Assembly (NCBI GenBank): GCA_964106645.2
Contig: OZ067043.1
Strand: one strand, 5' to 3'
Length of the DNA: 64,000 nucleotides
From: Podarcis pityusensis
Lineage: Eukaryota
Every line of letters begins with the position of its first letter. Position 1 is the first letter of the stretch. Positions 24,125 through 35,915 of this stretch are shown here, piece after piece. The notes below the pieces were generated by a model, which saw only the letters and a list, made by a program, of their open reading frames with translations, was not told the DNA's origin and searched no databases. Made by a program: the position numbers and the translations under genes.

Positions 24125-26435
24125 AGAGTTGTTGTAAATCACAGTTACAGGAATTGGGTGGGTACCAGAATCCCATTTTTAAGATGTCATATTATGGGGG
24201 AAAGAGTAATGGGTCTTTAGTGAAATCCACAAGCCCCACTCCCTGATCCCACCAATTTTAGCCAAATCACAATGTGTTTCCCCTGCAGTCTTCTAAATCT
24301 GTAGCTAAGAAGGACATCACAAAAGTTAAGGGGGCTGGGCCCCGTCTCACCCACTGTAATCCAAGCAGTGGATTTTCTCATTGGCTTGTGCTGTCTAGGG
24401 ATAAGTTCTCTGCTGGTACTTTAATTATATGGTTGTGGTAAGCTGAAATCTGAGTGATACAGACTTAATGTATGGAAGATCCTGTTTTAGGGTTAGGGTT
24501 ACTGAGGTTACTGTTCAAGGCTTTTGTGTCCATTTCTCTCTTTGGATTTTATGATGTACTCAAGGCCAGGCAAGGTCAGTCAAACACTGTTTTTGCGTAT
24601 TCTGCATTTGCCCTTTTCCCGCTGACCCTTGTCTCCTGCCTTGCTTTTGGTAGTATTAACTGCCATTGCCCATATGAGGAAAAGAGGGGAAAGGGGCGGC
24701 ACTTAAAAGGCAGAAAAAACTAAAGTAAGACATTTGTTGAGGTGTGTACTTGTGTCCAGCGGGATGAACAAAAAAAACCCCGTGCCTAGAAAACATGAAA
24801 CAGAATAAAACATGGACCAAACAGAAGTGTGGATGTCCCCATAGTTGCCTAAATCTATTCTGAACTTCTAACAGAAAGCATGACCAGACTGTGATATAAG
24901 TTGTCTAGGGAAGTTACAGAAGCAACGTCACTTTTCTGTCTTAAGTTTCTTCAGGTTTCTGCCTTAGCCTTTGTGGTTCCTTCCCACTTGATACATCAGT
25001 ATGCAATGGTATTTAAGTGTACTATGCGATAACTAATTTGTTTTGACTAGCAATCTATCTTGCACAGCTTTACATCGGCTAAATTTGATCTCCCCCTGAG
25101 TCTGCATCCCTGTGCTCTTTTGGATGCATTATTTTGACACCTGAACAAATTCCTGTTAATTGTCATGTAATTATCATTCTCGGGAGACAGTGACTGCTGT
25201 GCACAAGAAGTTCAGTGTCCTCTTTGATGCCAAACAAGAAATTGCCAAAAGAAGAAGGTAGAAGAGAACTCAGAAGAAACTTGAGCTGCTATCAGTAGCC
25301 TGAACAATTCAGCTTGCCTTATAGGGACTGGATGTTTGGGCAAGTTTGTCAGATCCCTAGGAGAAAATGTCATTGAAGGGTCGGATCTGAATGCTTAGAA
25401 TAAAAACAAACAAGCAAACTGTATACGAGTGCCTCCTTACAGCCATGAGCCGGCAGTGTTTCTGGGTGCAGAAGCATCATTTGGTTGCTCCAAAGCTAAT
25501 GTGGACCCTCCTTAGAATGATTGTTTTCTGAGCTGGAGGGAGAGGCAGCTTGTCAGGGCAGATACCTGCTATCAGCCCAGGAATAACAGCAGGCCCATCA
25601 CCAAGGGAAGAATAATCCCCACAGAACCTTCAGGAGCTTGATTACAGACCCTGAGGCTGTGTCAGCATTTCTATTATGTTTCTGCCACTAGGCTTCTTCG
25701 TAGCCTGTCAGGCAACAGGTCTCTAGTATGGGGAGAGGGCTGCTCATTTATTCTGGGGCGTTTCAGAGTAAATGATTTGGGTAGATTTGTTAGGTCAGAC
25801 ACATGTTTATGAAATGTGAGAGAGCAAGAGTGAAATTGCTTTGCTTTGCTGTTTGGCTGGAAAGCAGCCTTTGTTGCTGAAAATTAAGGGTATGTTGTCA
25901 CAAAGCGTTGGCTATCAGATTGCTTCCATGCAAAGCACCTACGAATCTGTTTGCATCCTGGAGCATGTTGCCCTTATCCTGGGGCACTGTCTTTCAGGCT
26001 CTGTGTAAACATGGCAGATTACTGTGGTGTTGGGGAGCATCTCCACACCTACCATAACTCACAAATGCCCACAGAGGGGCAAACACAGTAAGAGTGTCTG
26101 CAGCACTGCTTCTTTGAGTTTGTGTAGAAGTGACAGGAAGTGGGGGGGGGGGGGGAGCAAGCTGTAAAATATTTGCACCTTAAAATTAGAGAAGCCAGGA
26201 CACTGTCAATGCAGTCATTCAGACCCAAGTGGTGTGATGAAATATTTGCCCTGATTTGCAATATAGATTCTCAGGTATTGCTTCAATAGGCAGCCGCAGC
26301 TCAATGTGCATTTGCTTGGCGTTGTTGTACATGTTTGTGAAGCCCCATCATGCACAACCACACTGGATAAAAAAAAAGTAGTGCAGCCAATGCCTTAGTT
26401 TGCATATAGGAATCCTTTCTTCTTCTTTTCCTTTG

Positions 26436-26915
26436 CTAAAAATATATTTTATTGATTTTCTGAGCTGAGTACTGAACATAAAAAGGATAAACAGTTATCT
26501 AGACAGAATACAGAGCTCAGTTAAAGAAGAAAATAAGTATCAGCTGAAATTTGTAGTCACTTATATTATAATATAGGCAGTCAAATAAAGGTGTTGCTCC
26601 ATAGTGTTCCATGTGATGATGGTGGAGGGAAACCATGCTCAAATGATTTTACAAAGTCAATGCAAGCATACCATATTGTATAGAAGGTGTTCACTTTCAC
26701 CCTGGTGTGACGTTCCTTTTGTAAAATGGTTAATTTTTCCATAAGGGTGATGTCCCATACTTCTGAGAACCAAGCTTCAAAAAGGTTTGTATCTAGAGTC
26801 TTCCAATATGTTGCTATCACTAATTTAGCTGCTGCTAATAACAGCAGAGTAAGATTGTTATTGGTTGTATCTTGGTTTTGTGAGGAATCCTCTTTATATA
26901 GATATTGGTTAGAAA
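26436..26915 (-). mobile_element. L1-clade LINE 3' fragment
   Basis: ORF 26581-26919 LLLLAAAKLVIATYWK...WFSEVWDITLMEKLT...FYTIW resembles an L1/Tx1 ORF2 C-terminus. Confidence 0.8.
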
Positions 26916-29149
26916 ACAACTACAACAAACCCCTTCCACCTCACAGCTATGCACTGTCTCTTATACAGCCATATTTTGTATTATTACGCCTTACCCGTTT
27001 AGCATGCATTATTATTTAAATGTCTAAAATTCCAAAAATACTCAGATGCATCCTATGTGTATTCAGAAAGCAGTCTGTACTGTATACACACAGTAAATTT
27101 TCAAAATGCTTATTCTACAGTTGTCCCACAAAAGTGGTGGTGACATCTCTGGAATGCTTCAGGAATAAACTCATTTTTTTATTCCAGTATGGGGCATTAC
27201 TACAAGTATCCCCTCCAGCCTTTTGTGAAGAGATGTTTTGTTGTTATGACATCTACACAATGTGCATGTACCTTAATTTGGCAGCAATTTTGGCTACATC
27301 TAACAGCAGAAAGGATGAAAAAGCCACTGGGGACAGGAAATTGTGCCGCTGCAGACCCATTGGCCCTGCAAATGTCTTCCTATAACCTGAGACAATTCTA
27401 GGCACATTCATACATGCAGAGGTTCCTCCTGGGTAAGTGATAAAGTTGCTCAGTTCTCAGTGATGCAACCACCATGCTTCCTTCTTCACAGGCTGCCAGC
27501 AGGTGTGTTCTTGTTGTCCGGACAGACCCACCTAAGGCTGTGATGTGTGAAGGGATTTCACAGAGCTGCTCTTGTGGTTTCTGTGTTGAAGTACCAACCC
27601 CCCTCTGCCCCGCTTTCAGGACAGGAAATATTCAGTTTCAAACACTTAGAACGAAGCATTTATTTGGAGCCCAGGGGAGTCTGCACACACAGGAGAGGGA
27701 CGTGGCTGGCCCTTTTCATCTTTGCAGTGTTAGCAAGCCAAGGGCTGCAGGGGAGAGAACAGCCGTGCCAAGGAGGGTAAACACTGGAGATGAACCCTGC
27801 TGAGTTACAAGGGGCCAAAGGGAAGGGAAGGACAGGCAGGGAGGCCAAGCAAACACAAACACAGCTGCCAAAAACAAAGCTTGAAAGGGGCCATTTGAAG
27901 CCTGCAGCCTTGGCTGAAATATGGGGGCGTGGGAGCTCCTGGCACAATGGCATACTCAGACTTGGCACAGACCGGGCAGTGTGGTTGGTTGCTTGGCACC
28001 ACACTCTCAGCTGCCTTCTTGTTTCCTTCAACAGGCGTAAGTTGGGAAGAAACAGAAAACTGTACCTGGTGGGTTCCGCGGGAGGTGCCTCTGTAAGGAG
28101 CAGATGTTATCTTGGGTGCTCGTTGACTCACAGTGCTAAAGTCACTCTGGCAACCCTCTGGATGAAATGATTTCAAGTGTACCCTTGAAATGGGTCCTTT
28201 TTCCTACAGTGAGTCTGCATTCTCTCCCTCCCAGTGTCACATAAATTAAGTGATCTGAAAAGTCCATTTCGATCTTAGGCCAGCAGAGGATGGGCACCCA
28301 TATGGGTTACTAATCTAGTAACTAGTTTTGTTTCAATGCCGCCCTCTGCTGGCGATCAGATGATCAGCATGCGGGACTGTAGTTTTTGGCAAAACCTTGG
28401 CTTCGTATTTTAATTTTTTTAAACAGCTGAGAATGTGGGGGGGGGGGTTTCTTACAAGCAATTTAAAATCATATTTTTTCTGCCAAAACAAGGAAAATAA
28501 TGAAGAAATTGCCACCAGAAAAAGATGGGACAGAAACCCCATTAAAGTTGAAGAGCATTGAGTTGATTGTCCTTTCGTGGCTCTGGGTCACATCTAGTGG
28601 TGATGGACAGAGAAGCAGCTCCAAGGAACATTTCATGCTCTTGCAGTGCTGTGGGAAGGGGACAGCGAGATCACCCTGCATGTTTACCCATCCAACCATG
28701 CAGACTGCAGCAGGGATCCAGCAGGATTTCCCGTTTGCTCAGAGGCTGCCTGTTTGTTTTAGGAGGGAGGTCTCAGACACCAGCATTGTTACATTAATGG
28801 GACTATAGTTATAAATAGCAGCCAGTGGGGGACCTTCTGGGGTTATTTTGGACTTTGACCACACAAAAGTGGAAAGGCTCCAAGAGGAAGCTGGGGTTGC
28901 TCACCCTCCCAGTCAATGTGAGAGGATTGTTTAGGTCTGGCTATTATTGAAAAGCAGCAGCACTTTGTGTGTGATGGAGCAACAGTGAGCACTGCAAAAC
29001 AGGCCAGTTGTTCTCCTTCTGATCCATAGCAGGGCTTACAGCAGGGGTGATGGTAGAAAGGACCAGCAATCTGTCTCTGTTCTGGAAGATGAGTTTAACA
29101 ATGGCTGAATAAGAATAATCTGAATAATTTGCTGGCATGAACTGCAGCA

Positions 29150-29362
29150 TAGTTATTACATTTATGCCCCCTCCAAGGAGCTCAAGGTGGCATACATGGT
29201 TCTTCTCCCTCCCTATTTTATCCTCACAACAACCATGTGGGGTAGGCTAGACTAAGAGTGAGTGACTGGCCCAAGGTCATCCAGTGAGCTTCATGGCTGA
29301 GTGGCCACTTGAAGCCTGGTCTCCCAGGTCTTAGTCCATCCCTTTAACCACTACACCACCCT
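29150..29362 (-). mobile_element. MIR/CORE-like tRNA SINE
   Basis: Reverse complement of the 13930 family: tttatcctcacaacaacc, gtgactggcccaaggtcatccagtgagcttcatggc, taaccactacaccac. Confidence 0.85.
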
Positions 29363-29929
29363 GTTTGTTTGCTTATGTACATATTCAGTCTAAAGTGAGT
29401 GTCACTGGACAAATCAAGATGGCATGTAGCTGGGATGTCTTATGGGCAATGCACTTTTTAGCATGTCAGTATGCAAAATTAAAAACAACATATTGAGTTC
29501 CTTGAAAAGGAGAGGGGAAGAGGCAGAGGAACCAGGGGCCTACAAAAAAGACCTGGGACTCAGGTTCTTTGGGCTACCTCATAACAGCACTCCTTCACTC
29601 CATCCTGATATAAGACTTCTACTACTATCCTCCACCCCCCTGAACTCTGATAATTCAAACACCGTTTGCAGCTTTAGTTATAAAAGGGAATGATGGTGTG
29701 GTAGTTTACAGCAGGGGGAGAAGAAGCCTTGAGTAAGGTGCCCTCAGTTCAATGCCCTCAACATGTATAGAGAGAAATAAAACCCTAATTCCCATAAAGG
29801 GTTCTGTGGTGCACTTAGTGAGTGTATTATATAGTGAGGACATTGCTGGTGAAAGACATCTCCCCTGAAGCATGGCCTTGTGCATAATTTGAAGGCAAGG
29901 ATGAGTCAAGGTTATTTCCAAACTTATTT

Positions 29930-30370
29930 CAGTCCTGTTAAAGCGCCTCCCCCCTACACCTGTTTATGTAGCCCCGGCAAAGTGCTTGTGCCAACATTTT
30001 CTCCTTTGGGAGGTCTATTCCTTTCAAGGGGATTCATTTAACTGGGCTGTGCTTTTTGCTTGGGGCCATAAAATGGCACCTTTTGGCTTTTGATTGGAAG
30101 GCCATATTGCACGCAGCCTGCTTTATGGCGCATTACTGCCTCTCGCGCGGATTTAACCAATTTGATCCATGTCTAATACATAAATAAATAATCCAGCAGG
30201 AACGCTTCACATTAGATGACAATAGGAAACTATAAAGCATGCTTCCCTTCACGGCAGCCATCAGATCTGGGTGTGCTACGCCCTCTGACGACCAGAGCAG
30301 CTATCACAGCTATGGAGCTCGTGCTTGCAGCCCAGCAACTGTCTAATAATGTCTTTGGTCACTTAGTTGT
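29930..30370. promoter_or_regulatory. Candidate conserved non-coding enhancer
   Basis: GCCATAAA and TTTATGGC, ACAATAG, CpG cluster tcgcgcgg. Confidence 0.55.
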
Positions 30371-31204
30371 TTGCCTTTAAAAAATATTTATACGTTAGCA
30401 GGGTGCTGCATGTTCTAATGCAGAGTGTAGTAACATCTCTGAGCAGGGAAAGAAACTAGCTGTAGAACATAGAAAACATAGAAAGCCAAACTGCTGCTGG
30501 CTTCTCAACAAAACTCAGTTGTGCTGCAATAGGCCATGGAGGTCTTTCTGAGGCAATTCAAATGGTACAGAAATCACTCCCCTGAAAGTTCAGAGCTCTC
30601 AGTATCTTTTGAGGTTGTGACTGGTTGAATTTGTACCAGAGGAAGAAGCCGAATAGGGTTGGTATAATTTCTAGTACTAATAAATCACATTTCATCACAA
30701 TCATTTATTTGTATGTTGCCTTTCTACAGTTAAACTCAAGGTGGCTTACAACATCAAAAGAGTTACATAATTACAAAAATATAACAAAACTTAAGTTATA
30801 AGCAATAAATGAAAACATCTTAATACACATATAATAAAATAATCTCTACATAATTCATAATAAGGTCTAACAGTAAAGAGACAAAAGCATTATTCTGTAC
30901 CAGTGACAGCATTTCCAGAATGAAATCTTGACTCCAGCAAAAACTCTATCCTGATAGCCTCTAGGCATCTTGAGCAGCAGCCCTGCAGGATTCACAGCTA
31001 AGATGGTCTCTGACCATTTTAGTAGCAACAGCTGTTTCTGTGGCTGGAGTCAGTCAGCGATCCACCCTCCCAGGCCAGGTAGAAACAGGCCAGCAAAGCA
31101 GGGAGCAGGTCTTGCAGGACTCACAGCAAAGATGGGCTTCTGCTTGGGAGATCTTCAAAAATACCCGTATATTTCTTAGGTTTTCAGTATCCCTCCTGTT
31201 CATC

Positions 31205-31206
<2 letters not shown>

Positions 31207-31243
<37 letters not shown>
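31207..31243. repeat. (CA)n microsatellite
   Basis: Direct inspection. Confidence 0.95.
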
Positions 31244-31246
<3 letters not shown>

Positions 31247-31737
31247 ACAAGTCATTCAAGGAAGTTGCTTGTCTTTTCTGAATCATCTCAAGTTTACAAG
31301 GAGCCATGTATATCCAGTTTCTCCCCTGAAAGTTTGTTTACATGGCTTGAGTGCTAAGTTGAGTGGTAGAAGTGCTTTAGTTCTGCTCGTGGAAGGTTAC
31401 TATGACTTAATCCTTACTTGCACTTTTGATAGAAGTCTATTTTAAAACCACATTGTTTCTGCCTCTGCTTAGTGCCTTCTGAGGTTGTTCCAACCAGAGA
31501 AATCAATGGCATGGTTCCTAGCAGGGCGATTGGGGACAAAGAGTTAGAATATTGATGCTGAGTAAAATATACTGTTGTAAGACACTCTCACTTTTAAGGC
31601 CGTTTCATGCAAAATGAATTTCCTTCATGGATATAATTCCCATGTAAGAAAACTGGGTGTGTGCCCAAGGACCCCATTATAGAAATACATTGTATACTCT
31701 CAACAGTTCTGTAAGGAAGTGATATTTATGTAGGCAA

Positions 31738-31784
31738 ATTGACTGGGGAGGGCGGGGTATAAATAAAAATTATTATTGTTGTTG

Positions 31785-31817
<33 letters not shown>
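31738..31817 (+). mobile_element. Very short LINE 3' tail with (TTG/TTA)n microsatellite
   Basis: gggcggggtataaataaaaa(tta)n. A similar tail lies at about 42060-42124. Confidence 0.6.
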
Positions 31818-31818
<1 letters not shown>

Positions 31819-31926
31819 GTGGTGTTGCCCTCAGTTGTTGTAGTGCCTGTGTATAGGTAACAATAGAAAAGTGCAAATACGTTATTGCTGCCACTTCAAG
31901 CAGTGGTAAGCAGCAGTCATAGTCAG

Positions 31927-31958
<32 letters not shown>

Positions 31959-32481
31959 ATGGTAGTAGGAGGTGGGGCATCTTGCTTCTTGCCCGATGGT
32001 GCAGAAAGAGGCTGCCCTAGTAATTTCCCCTAGCTGCTAGAAGTGCTCCTTCTCTCCCTTTAATTGCCTCCTTCAGCCATGTTTAATTATAGGATAAGAA
32101 GCTGAAGTTAATTTCTTCAAGCTAACTTCCCTCAGCACCTGCCCACAGTCACCCCTTTCCAAGCTTATAAGGGTCTAATCCTAAGCCAGGGCCAGCTGCT
32201 GCAGCCCATTACATAGGTCCAAAGTTCTGCTGAACTTAGCCAATGGTGTGTGGCCTACAAGTGCATTCTTGAAACAAACAAGGAGCGGCATTCAGAAAAG
32301 CCAGTGTGTAGAAGAGACACAAATTGACTACTGAGCTAGTAATTGAGGCTACAGATATTTGTGGGTTGTTGTTTTTCTAAAACACTTTCTATTTCCAAGC
32401 TATAAGAGTGGTGGGGTGGTACTAATGAATGGATTTGAGGGTACCTGAAACTCAATACTCTTATCTTGTGTTCCATTACAG

Positions 32482-32611
32482 GCAAAAAGAAGGCAACACT
32501 TTTTGACAGCCAGGCTCCCATCTGCCCCATTTGTCAGGTCTTGCTGCGCCCGGGTGAGCTGCAGGAACACATGGAGCAGGAAATGGAGAAGTTAACACAG
32601 CTCAACATCAG
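32482..32611 (+). CDS. RNF220: RNF220 (RING E3 ubiquitin ligase) internal coding exon, equivalent to mammalian exon 3
   Basis: Acceptor ctcaatactcttatcttgtgttccattacAG (AG 32480-32481) and donor AG|gtaagg (32612). Translates (G)KKKATLFDSQAPICPICQVLLRPGELQEHMEQEMEKLTQLNI(S), recognised as RNF220 (mammalian LFDSQAPICPICQVLLRPSELQEHMEQE). 130 nt, phase 1 to phase 2. Confidence 0.96.
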
Positions 32612-33046
32612 GTAAGGACAGCCAGGGTCTTCACCAACCTACGTACTACCACAAGCATCAGTGTGCATAACCCCAAGACACAACTAACGTGGGTCCCATC
32701 CCTCTATAGTCAGTGTGGCATGTACCAGCTGAGCAATCTATAAATTTGTTCTTGTATACCTTGGTGAGGAGTGTTTAACTCTTACTGCAGATTTTTAGAA
32801 CATTAAACTATCTGTGTACCCTTCTTTTGAACATGTGTTTTCAGTCCCAATAATCAATCAATCTGAGATGCTTCTTTTAAAAGGAGGAGGGAGGAAACTT
32901 TAGGTGTTGCAAAATATTCCCCACCAAGGCTCTCAGGCAATGTTATTTTCCTGATTGATCATACCACACAAGATTTATTGTGAGTGCAACACATTTTTGG
33001 GGATTCTTTCTCAAGGGCACTTTTTAAAAAAACAACTTTGACACAC

Positions 33047-33197
33047 CAGGTGCAGAATTAGGTAATCTTTGGTAATATGGTGCCCTGAGCGAGCCCAAAA
33101 TTTGGTGCCCCCAAATGGATCTTCTCAATTTTGCGCCCCCTCAGCTCGCTGCCCTTTTCTGGGGGAACTGCTGGCACCGCCCTAGATCCGATGTGGG
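33047..33197. mobile_element. Degenerate hAT-like MITE
   Basis: GC-rich insert with repeated ggtgccc/gcgcccc subterminal motifs, ending ccctagatccg. Confidence 0.45.
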
Positions 33198-33699
33198 GGA
33201 CACTGGGAATACTTCACTAGCTCTCTGGCTGCTTCTCTCTGTAGCCAGCCCTGCCTGCATTGATGTCTCTGGTGCTGCTTCACTGGTTTCAGGGAAAGCT
33301 CCACGAAACTCCCAGCATGCATTTTTATCTCTTAACCTGTAAATTCCATACTGGCCTAGCCTGCCAATGAAAATGAAATTGAAAAGTTAGAAATCTCTGA
33401 TCCCCTCCCCCCAGCTTTCATCAATTGGAAAACAAATGTTGTGTGATCTTACCAATATGGAAAACAACATTGCCAAAGAGTTTTGTTGGGGAATTACTGC
33501 CTCTCCAGGTTTCCCCTTTCGTGACTCCTATGAACAGCAGCCTCTTTTTCTCAGGCATCCTTGTCTCCCCAGTGCAGCAGAGAAGAGGTTAAGCATGTGG
33601 ACACAAAGGTGGAGTCCACCAGCCCACCTCCCAGAGGCTGCCACCTGCCCTGAGGCTGCCTCTCCCTTGCCTGCTGCTGCTGCTTTCACCAGCGCAGCA

Positions 33700-34760
33700 A
33701 AAGTCCTCTGTGTTTTTTTAAAAATAATAATTGCATTTTAACTGCTAGCAGTTATTTAAGAAATCGCTGCAGCCAAGGGTTGGCAGATCCCTGGCCTTCC
33801 CTTAATAAAACTGCAGCCTGGGAGAGAGCGTGTTTATTTCAATTATTAATGAATTCCCCGGTCATTAAAAGGTGAAGAAAGAGATCAGGCTGCCGATGGC
33901 AGCAAGGTGATGTCATCAGGTGGCTGGGAACAGTAGGAAGCAGGGAACAACCAGGTTTTGGACCGCCCAGCACCTCAACAGACCACCCCTCAAGGTTCGA
34001 AAAGAGGGCCCAGCTTAGCCTAGAGTCTTTTCTCAGTGTAACAAGGGGGATTATTGGACACAGGTGTAAGGAACCAGTTTCCACAGGGTATAAAAAGAGG
34101 GGCCTACTGAATCCAGGCTGGACCAAGACCTCCCAGATCCATACCGATGTAGGATCCAGTACCGAGCCAGAATCTGCCACTTCTCAGATGGGAGGGAAGA
34201 GGGGGGGGGGGGAGGCAACAGCCAAGTCATTTATCCCATGTGACACCCGGTTCCCTTGTGCGCATAATTTATGGTGTAATTTGGGCTGCATCCAACTTAA
34301 TAAAGGGCCACAGCAAATTAACGAACAGGTTTAAATGAACAGAAGCAATTAGCACTCAGAGGAGCCTGTGGAAAGAGCGAGGCTAGTCTTGGAGTGGAGC
34401 TGGCCGAGAGCAGCCTGTGGCTGGCGCGAGGCAGGGAGGTGGGGGGGAGGTGGCGTTTAATGGGAAAGGAAAGGAAACACTAAATCATAAAGGCTGACAA
34501 GGGCCATTGTGGGCCAGCTGACAAATGAAAAAGAATGGCATTATTCCTTTAAATAACCACGGCAGTTAAAGGGGGAGACAGCTTACTCCTAGCCCTTGCC
34601 CGCTAAGGCTGCATGCATGGGGAAGAGCAATAGCAGGGTCTTTATTAATTATTAACTAATGACTCCTACCATGCTGCAATAGATAACGCTCAGTCTCCTC
34701 TGCAGATCAGGCCCCAGGGGCTAATCACCAGCCCGCTGCCGCATCCTGCCCCAGCCTGGC
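33700..34760. promoter_or_regulatory. Candidate enhancer cluster 1-2 kb downstream of the 130-nt exon
   Basis: Dense TAAT/ATAAA/TGACA motifs, no repeats, CpG retention. Confidence 0.55.
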
Positions 34761-34895
34761 AGTGGGAACAAGCCACCTTAAATGTCAGGCTGCTTTTGTG
34801 TCTCATGGGAACTGGGGTTCAGGGCTTCCTTGCATAGAACATGGTATATAAACATGGCCTCTTACATGAACTTGCCCATCTTCAACACAAATCTC

Positions 34896-34898
<3 letters not shown>

Positions 34899-34932
<34 letters not shown>

Positions 34933-34951
34933 ATGCATGTGTGTGTGTGTG
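34899..34951. repeat. Interrupted (TG)n microsatellite
   Basis: Direct inspection. Confidence 0.95.
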
Positions 34952-35744
34952 GTGCTTTGTGTATTCAAGATGGTGGCACCATCCTTCCAGCTTGTGACCC
35001 TGGACACAGAAAGGACTTGGGAGACAGAAGCCATCCATAATGAGAAAGGGAAGCTAATAACCAATCTCAAATAAGCCAATAAACTTGAAAATAAAATGTA
35101 GACTTATAAATGTGATGGGCTAGAGTACAGGAGCCCAACATACCTCTCTGCCAAGCTCCAGTCGTTACCAAAATGGCCCAGCAGCTGTTACTAATCACTG
35201 TGGTATGGGAAAATCATCCTGGGAAGTAGGAGAACCTCGCTTGCCAAGGGAAGGATCTTCTTTTTTTAAAGGGAAGATGTGCCCAACCACAGATTGTTGT
35301 TTCAGCTATTAAATAAACATTAGGGTAAAGGAAACCTCCTGTGGTGTGGGATGAAAAAAGCAGCCTTCCCTGGTCATGGCCACACAAAGAATGCCCTGGC
35401 CCATATTGTCTTCTCAGCAGGGCATCGGTGTGAACACTGCACAGTAAAGCGATTTGGACATTACTCAGAAGCATTTAACTCCAGTGTTTATGAAAAGCAC
35501 CAGTGGCTCCATGGTTTGTGGCCTCTAAAGGCTTGTTTACACAGCCAAAAAGATTTAGAGGTAATGATTCCAGGGTTATCATCTTGAGGTAACAACCTTT
35601 ATCTGCATTAACAAGGCACTGGGGGATGTTACAGCTACATCTCCTTACTGGTGTTACTCAATAGATGGCATTTTCTCACCAGAGATTATGACTTCACTTC
35701 AATTTACATGATATTTGTTTGTTTTCTCAGTTATGACTTGCCTT

Positions 35745-35835
35745 TCTTCCATCATGGAGCCCCCATCCTTTCACTAACCAGACTCAGATCTGCTTAGCTG
35801 CAGTAACGTTACTGTACCATATGCCTTCAGACCAT
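35745..35835 (-). mobile_element. 5S rRNA-derived SINE fragment
   Basis: Minus strand agctaagcagatctgagtctggttagtgaaaggatgggggctcc resembles the 5S internal control region (agctaagcagggtcgggcctggttagtacttggatgggagacc). Confidence 0.65.
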
Positions 35836-35849
35836 GAATTGGATGGCGT

Positions 35850-35915
35850 GTTGAGATTCCTGTATTGCAGGGGGTTGGACTAGATGACCCTCAGGGTCAT
35901 CAATTCTATGATTCT
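35850..35915 (+). mobile_element. CR1-type 3' terminus
   Basis: gattcctgtattgcagggggttggactagatgaccctc...attctatgattct. Confidence 0.8.

Noticed and set aside
28305-28322. GTTACTA-atc-TAGTAAC as an RFX X-box
   Set aside because: Half-site spacing is longer than the RFX consensus allows; a short palindrome is expected by chance.
35745-35816. 5S rRNA gene and 14-bp palindrome CAGTAACGTTACTG (35801-35814)
   Set aside because: Only a diverged internal 5S segment within a SINE; the palindrome lies in the repeat and has no independent support.
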